The notes under the pieces: generated by a model
Told to the model about the DNA's origin: nothing
What the model saw: the letters and a program-made list of their open reading frames with translations, nothing else
Database searches by the model: none
Shown: in pieces, positions 58,892-64,000 of the stretch
How positions within the stretch are numbered: the first letter of the stretch is position 1
How the letters are laid out: every line of letters starts with the position of its first letter
DNA from: Amphiscolops sp. MND2022
Taxonomy: Eukaryota
Reading direction: 5' to 3'
DNA length: 64,000 bases
Assembly (NCBI GenBank): GCA_964187785.1
Contig: OZ076409.1
Location: forward strand, 64,110,001-64,174,000
Made by a program: the position numbers and the translations under genes

Positions 58892-61800
58892 TGTAGAGGA
58901 CTAGGACAATTTATATTAATTAGTTTGCTGTTATAGTTGTGCTATTTCATGTATACGATGGTCTCTTATTAAATACCTGCCCACATAGTGCAGATGATAC
59001 AGATGATCATAAAGAGTCAGAACAAGATAAAGTACAGTTGAGTTTCAGTGAAATGATCTCTTTTATCAATGAGCTAGAATGCAACATGGCACAGTCAGCA
59101 TACCCTCAAAGTTATATGTGACCACAATAGCATTCAACAGCCGACAAGGAAGAAAACTCAAGAGATGGGGATAATACGATGACGTCAGCGGGAACACGGC
59201 AATGTGGACAACTGCTACCAAACGATACAATTAACAGGACGGCAGACCGGACCTGCACCCAAACGCTTACCATTCCCACATTGGAGAAGCAAGACCAAGC
59301 CAATGCGAGTGAGTGGTGGAGAAAATTTGTACAGTAATCAAAATGACAAAGATATCGACCTGTCAACCATGACGAACAGCAACGAGATACTACCACAATA
59401 CCGTGATCAACTCGAAGCAGATATAAAAGAATTGTTCATCTGGGTAATTGGACAAAATCACGGAGATGACAGAAACAGTCAGGGAAAGAGAACCGAGTTC
59501 ACCATCTCTGTACAAACTATGCACGCTTTTTCTATTGCACTTCACTCAAGAAAAGAACATACACCACAGCAGAGCCGATTTGGTTCCATCTGAAACGAGA
59601 AGACGGCGAAACCGCAGCAAACGTGTGGAAACGACTACTAGAAGCAGAAAAGAACTGCGAATTCGAACCAATAACCGCAGCAGAACTTGTGGGATCAAAA
59701 TTCCTGTCTTTTATCGGCAAATTAACTGGTGATTACGACCTGAAGAAAAAGATTAGAAAACACGATATGTCGGTAGAAGGAATAACCGTTTCAAAACAGG
59801 AGTATATGTAATTAGGATACAATTCCTTGATTGTTTTTATTTCAAGTTTTATTCACCATTTTATCTACCATCTTCTTTACATTAAGTAATCGGACTGGAA
59901 GTAAAAATACAGATGAAATAAGATGCAAAACTAATACAGCAGAAGGGAAGACCCATACCGATTCACTCACAACAATCGGTGGAAAAAGAAAAAGAGAAAC
60001 AAACAAAACAAGGTCATATTGAGAAAGTCAATAACATTGAAGAAAATTGCTTTGTGAGTGCAGCCCCTATGACGGTAAAGAAAGAAAAGTCGATAAAATT
60101 TCAAGAATTTCGAGAAAAATAGCAGACGGTACTGCCGATGAAATATGGATTTTAACATTCGACTTGGACTAGGCATACGGACAATTACTACTGTCGAAGG
60201 AAATCAGAAACTCAGGCCTATTTGCCGTAACCGGGGGAACTTTACCGGTTACAACCGCTTCCTGAATGGGTTCTACGGTTTGACGGATATACCAACAATT
60301 TTCCAGGAAAAGATTTACCAGACTCTGGAAATTAATCACCCAGTATGGTTAGATGACATCATTTTAGTAACAATAGACTCAAAGGAGGAACACATGAAAG
60401 AATTATTCGATCTCCTAATCAAGCTTGAAAAGGCCGGATAAAGACTGAGCGAAACAAAATCCAAATTCTTACAAACATAAATTGAATGGATGGGCCACAA
60501 AATTAACCAGGCCGGAATCCGACCTTTACAGGACAAATTACTGGCAATAAAAGTATCGAAACAACCGATCAACGAAACAGGAATTGGAATTTTTCTTGGG
60601 GGCCATCCAATTATTGTCAAAATACATCGACAATCTTTCCGCCCAAACTGATAGTTTGAGACAGTTACTGAAGCAAAGCAACAAATGGATACTGTCGGTA
60701 GAGCATTTTTTTTGAAAATTGAAACAAAAAATAACGGAAATACCTTGTCTGGCACATTATAACTCCAATTATCTAAACGTGATACCAACAGACGCAAGCA
60801 CAAAAAGCTTAGGGGCGACCCTATGGCAAGTACAGCCTGACGGAATGTTAAAACTGATAGGCTTCGCGAGTCATTTTTTATCAGAAGAAAAGAAATACGT
60901 CATATATGAACTCGAACTACTGGGAGTAGTCTTGGGCTTAGAACACTTTCGTTTATACATGAACGGAACACCTATTAAACTTTTGACGGATCACCTGGCT
61001 TCAGAACTGCTGTTCAAAAGAAAACCGCTCCAACAAAACCTATAGCGCACGCTTAACACGGTGGTTAGACCGATTAGCACACTTCACGATTAACGTGATT
61101 TATATCGCCGGCAAACACTTAGCACTCACAGACTTCCTCAGTAGAAATCCGGTAGCACCACCACAAATTGATGACGAATACGACGAAGAATACGTGATCA
61201 ATAGCATTCTACCACACTACAACTTCATCTCAAAACACAGTTGCCTTAGGAACCACAACAACCAATCAGAAATCGGAACAGAGAAAAGTGGACGGAAAAC
61301 AAATAACAAATCGCGGAAAAACGACGCGCGTTAACAAACCGCCTTCACAGCGACAAACACACACGCATTGATTCAAACGAATTGAATACTTCTAAGTGCA
61401 TCAAAATCACAATGGAACCAGGAACCTTTCCAGGAACCAAAGATTTTACGTAACGAAAGGAAAGTCATAGCAGGTTCGGTCTCGTTTTCTTGGAGGACAG
61501 AATTATAGTCCCGAAGAACCTCTGAGCCACGGTAATCAGCTTGCTGCATAAAGGACATCCCATCATCAACAAGATGATTCTAGCAGCCCGGCACTTCAGG
61601 TGGCCAAAGATGGCCGAAGCAATGCAGCAGAAATGCGAAACAAGCATCCCCTGGAAGATGTCCGGTAAGAGCGTTAAACATAATATACCTAAAACACGGG
61701 AAAAAATTTACCACCGTTGATCAGTCCGAACGAAGAAATCTAATTGGATTCCCTCGGGCCAATCGCAGAAAACACCTGCCGATTTCACATACTGCTGTCC

Positions 61801-63514
61801 ATTGACCGGTTTAGTGGATAGCCGGCGGCGAGTTTCTGTCAATACACTGACGGAGAAACGGCGGTGAACTGTCTCGAACAGTATTTCCAGCTGGACGGTA
61901 TACCGGAAACAATTAGAACGGATAAGGCAGTCGCATTCACAAGACGCCTTTTTTGTGACTTGCTACATTAAATTAATTTCGGAACACCGTATATACATAC
62001 ACCCACGTGCCTGGTAGAACGAAGAGTTAGAACACTGAAGGAAGAAAGTCTCCTAACGAACACAAAAGCAGGCGAACGGTTCGGAAAAGCCTTAGATTTA
62101 TCTTTAGATGTAATGAGAAAAACACCCCATACAAGATTTAAAAATCGGCATTCGAATTTCATTACGGTCGGGAATCAAACACGGAAGTTAGTAATCTGCT
62201 AAACCTGGACATCTTGAAGGATCTAACAAAAAAAATCCATTTCAGCGAAACCTGGTTTTTTACAGGTATATTTGTTCATCGTAGTTGGCGTTGTTTCTGA
62301 GCAGCTACTGATGAAGTCAAAGAAAAACGATAACGGAGTTTGTAATTACACCTTCCTTTTCTTAGAAAAAACACCAGAAACCTAAATTCGAATGTGCCTA
62401 CTCTGATGAACTAAATATAGCTATTTCGGGAACGAAACATACTGTAACTACACCGAATGGTAGAACTATACATAGGGAATGTATTAGTAAACCAATTACT
62501 GATTGTGATCAAGACTGTAACAACAACAGAGGAACCGGACTGAGAGGACCAGACGGCCGGTTTACAAAATCACCATCAAAACAGAACAAGGTGTACGTAA
62601 TCGTATCGGACAACGAACCCGAGACATCCCACCAGAGAAAAGCAGTCCGACGGTACCGGAGCAAACAGACAGCACCACGGTCAAAAAGAGCACGTTTTGC
62701 CGAGGCAGACCGAAGCTAATAAGAGACCGGCTGAGGTTAAACTCCACCCAGAGCTCACCGGGCAAAGCGGACAACACCGGCCCGCTCACCATAACCATCG
62801 CCAACAAGACATACACGGAGGTCGACCGTGCCATCGATGACGCTAGGCAAGCAAATGAAAAGCTTTATATCAGAGACGACAACGGTAAGGTGTTTAAAAA
62901 TCTCACTTCTTTCCCTGACACGGGGAAGAGAATAGCTTTAAAAACTCCAAACTAGATCTGGCTAGCAACCTGAGCTTTAGTACTGAATTAGAAGCAGACA
63001 CTAAACATGAGGAAGAAAAAATAGTATGCAGATCACAACCGCCAACAAAAACTAATGCAATTGTTAGATATATTAACCCTATTTGTCATAATTTTATGAA
63101 ACACCGTAGAAAGGCTGAAATTGGGAATAACACTGGTCAGACGGACATGGAGACAAACAGCCCCAACTAACCCAAACAGCAGACAACAACTTGACGTCAC
63201 GGGCAGATGCCCACCGTGACAACCATAAAAGCAAGGATCGGTCGCACGTTCTCAAACCAATGGACCATTGAATGAGTCACAACCATACACAAACTACACA
63301 GAGCCCCATTGGTCGAACAACAGCCAATAGTGAGGGGGGAAGGCAGAGGACTCAGACAATTTATATTGTGCTATTTTATTTATACGATAGTCTTTTATTA
63401 AATACCTGCCCACATAGTGCAGATGATACATTGATCATAAAGAGTCAGAACGAAATAAAGTACTATTGAGTTTCAGTGAAATGATCTCTTTTATCAATGA
63501 GCTACAATACAACA
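58892..63514 (+). mobile_element. Decayed two-LTR Ty3/Gypsy element of the WLDD family, inserted into a reverse family A element
   Basis: LTRs 58892-59086 and 63342-63514 (about 15 substitutions, 22 bp of gaps); TSD GTATA/ATATA; PBS TGGCACAGTCAG; PPT GAGGGGGGAA; fragmented gag, VWLDDII, TDAST, integrase; the flanks rejoin as a family A repeat ending at about 63822. Confidence 0.92.
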
Positions 63515-64000
63515 ATATACATTGAGAAAACCTGATATCAGATGAAAAATGAGGACTTGGAATAGTTTCATAGTGCCGAAGAAAACGCAAAAGGATGATT
63601 CTTTAGTGTCGTCCGGTTTTGTATGTTACATTTAAAAAGAGAAAAATTAAAGGGACTCTTTGGTCTACTTTTTCTTTCCTTTCCGATATATTCGTTTAGC
63701 TGAACAAATTGTACAAAACATTGAGACTTTCGTTGAAATCGAACCTCTCTTGAAGAACATACTTTTTGGATAAAAACCAGTGACTGCAAAAGCCGGGTAT
63801 TTTTACTCCGAAAATGTCGACTAAAAAGCAGCAGTCCAATTGTACCTGCTACAACAAAACGTTCTTTTTGGATCGGACCAAGTTAACGTCAGAATACCGA
63901 TGCACAGTTTCTTTTTATGGCTCTACTAATGAGAATAAAATGTCAGATTGAAACTTTGTGCTTTCTCCAAAGAATCCCCCGCTGGAGTTGAAAAAATTGA

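Noticed and set aside
63846..63981. Possible upstream exon of the calmodulin-like gene on minus (CTCCAG ... CAG|GTACAA)
   Set aside because: Stops in all three frames and no ATG; could be untranslated but is unsupported.

Overview
AT-rich, transposon-dense eukaryotic (animal-like) genomic DNA with two convergent spliced host genes. (1) An AF10/AF17 (MLLT10-family, PZP + OM-LZ) chromatin regulator on +: seven phase-consistent coding exons from 12260 to 26511 (about 1286 aa); the first PHD exon(s) were not found and probably lie upstream of the window. (2) A divergent calmodulin-like four-EF-hand gene on -: exons 57396-57258, 56651-56468, 41761-41611 and 41167-41049, with long insertions in EF-hand loops. 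The rest is nested mobile DNA. It includes an intact, very young Ty3/Gypsy element (50098-56101: identical 207-bp LTRs, ACAAC TSD, tRNA-Ser-type PBS, single gag-pol ORF) inside a 14.7-kb intron and two decayed relatives. There are also LINE remnants, Tc1/mariner-, piggyBac- and Merlin-type MITEs, a MULE remnant, and two abundant Helentron/DINE-like non-autonomous families carrying tandem arrays. The best candidate for a novel system is the Gypsy family. It has a WLDD RT motif and a conserved extra domain of about 250 aa between RNase H and integrase. It also has two host-consensus, in-frame putative introns that would excise the integrase DDE core and part of its C-terminal domain, predicting a spliced non-catalytic accessory protein. 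All calls are by eye; no searches were run.
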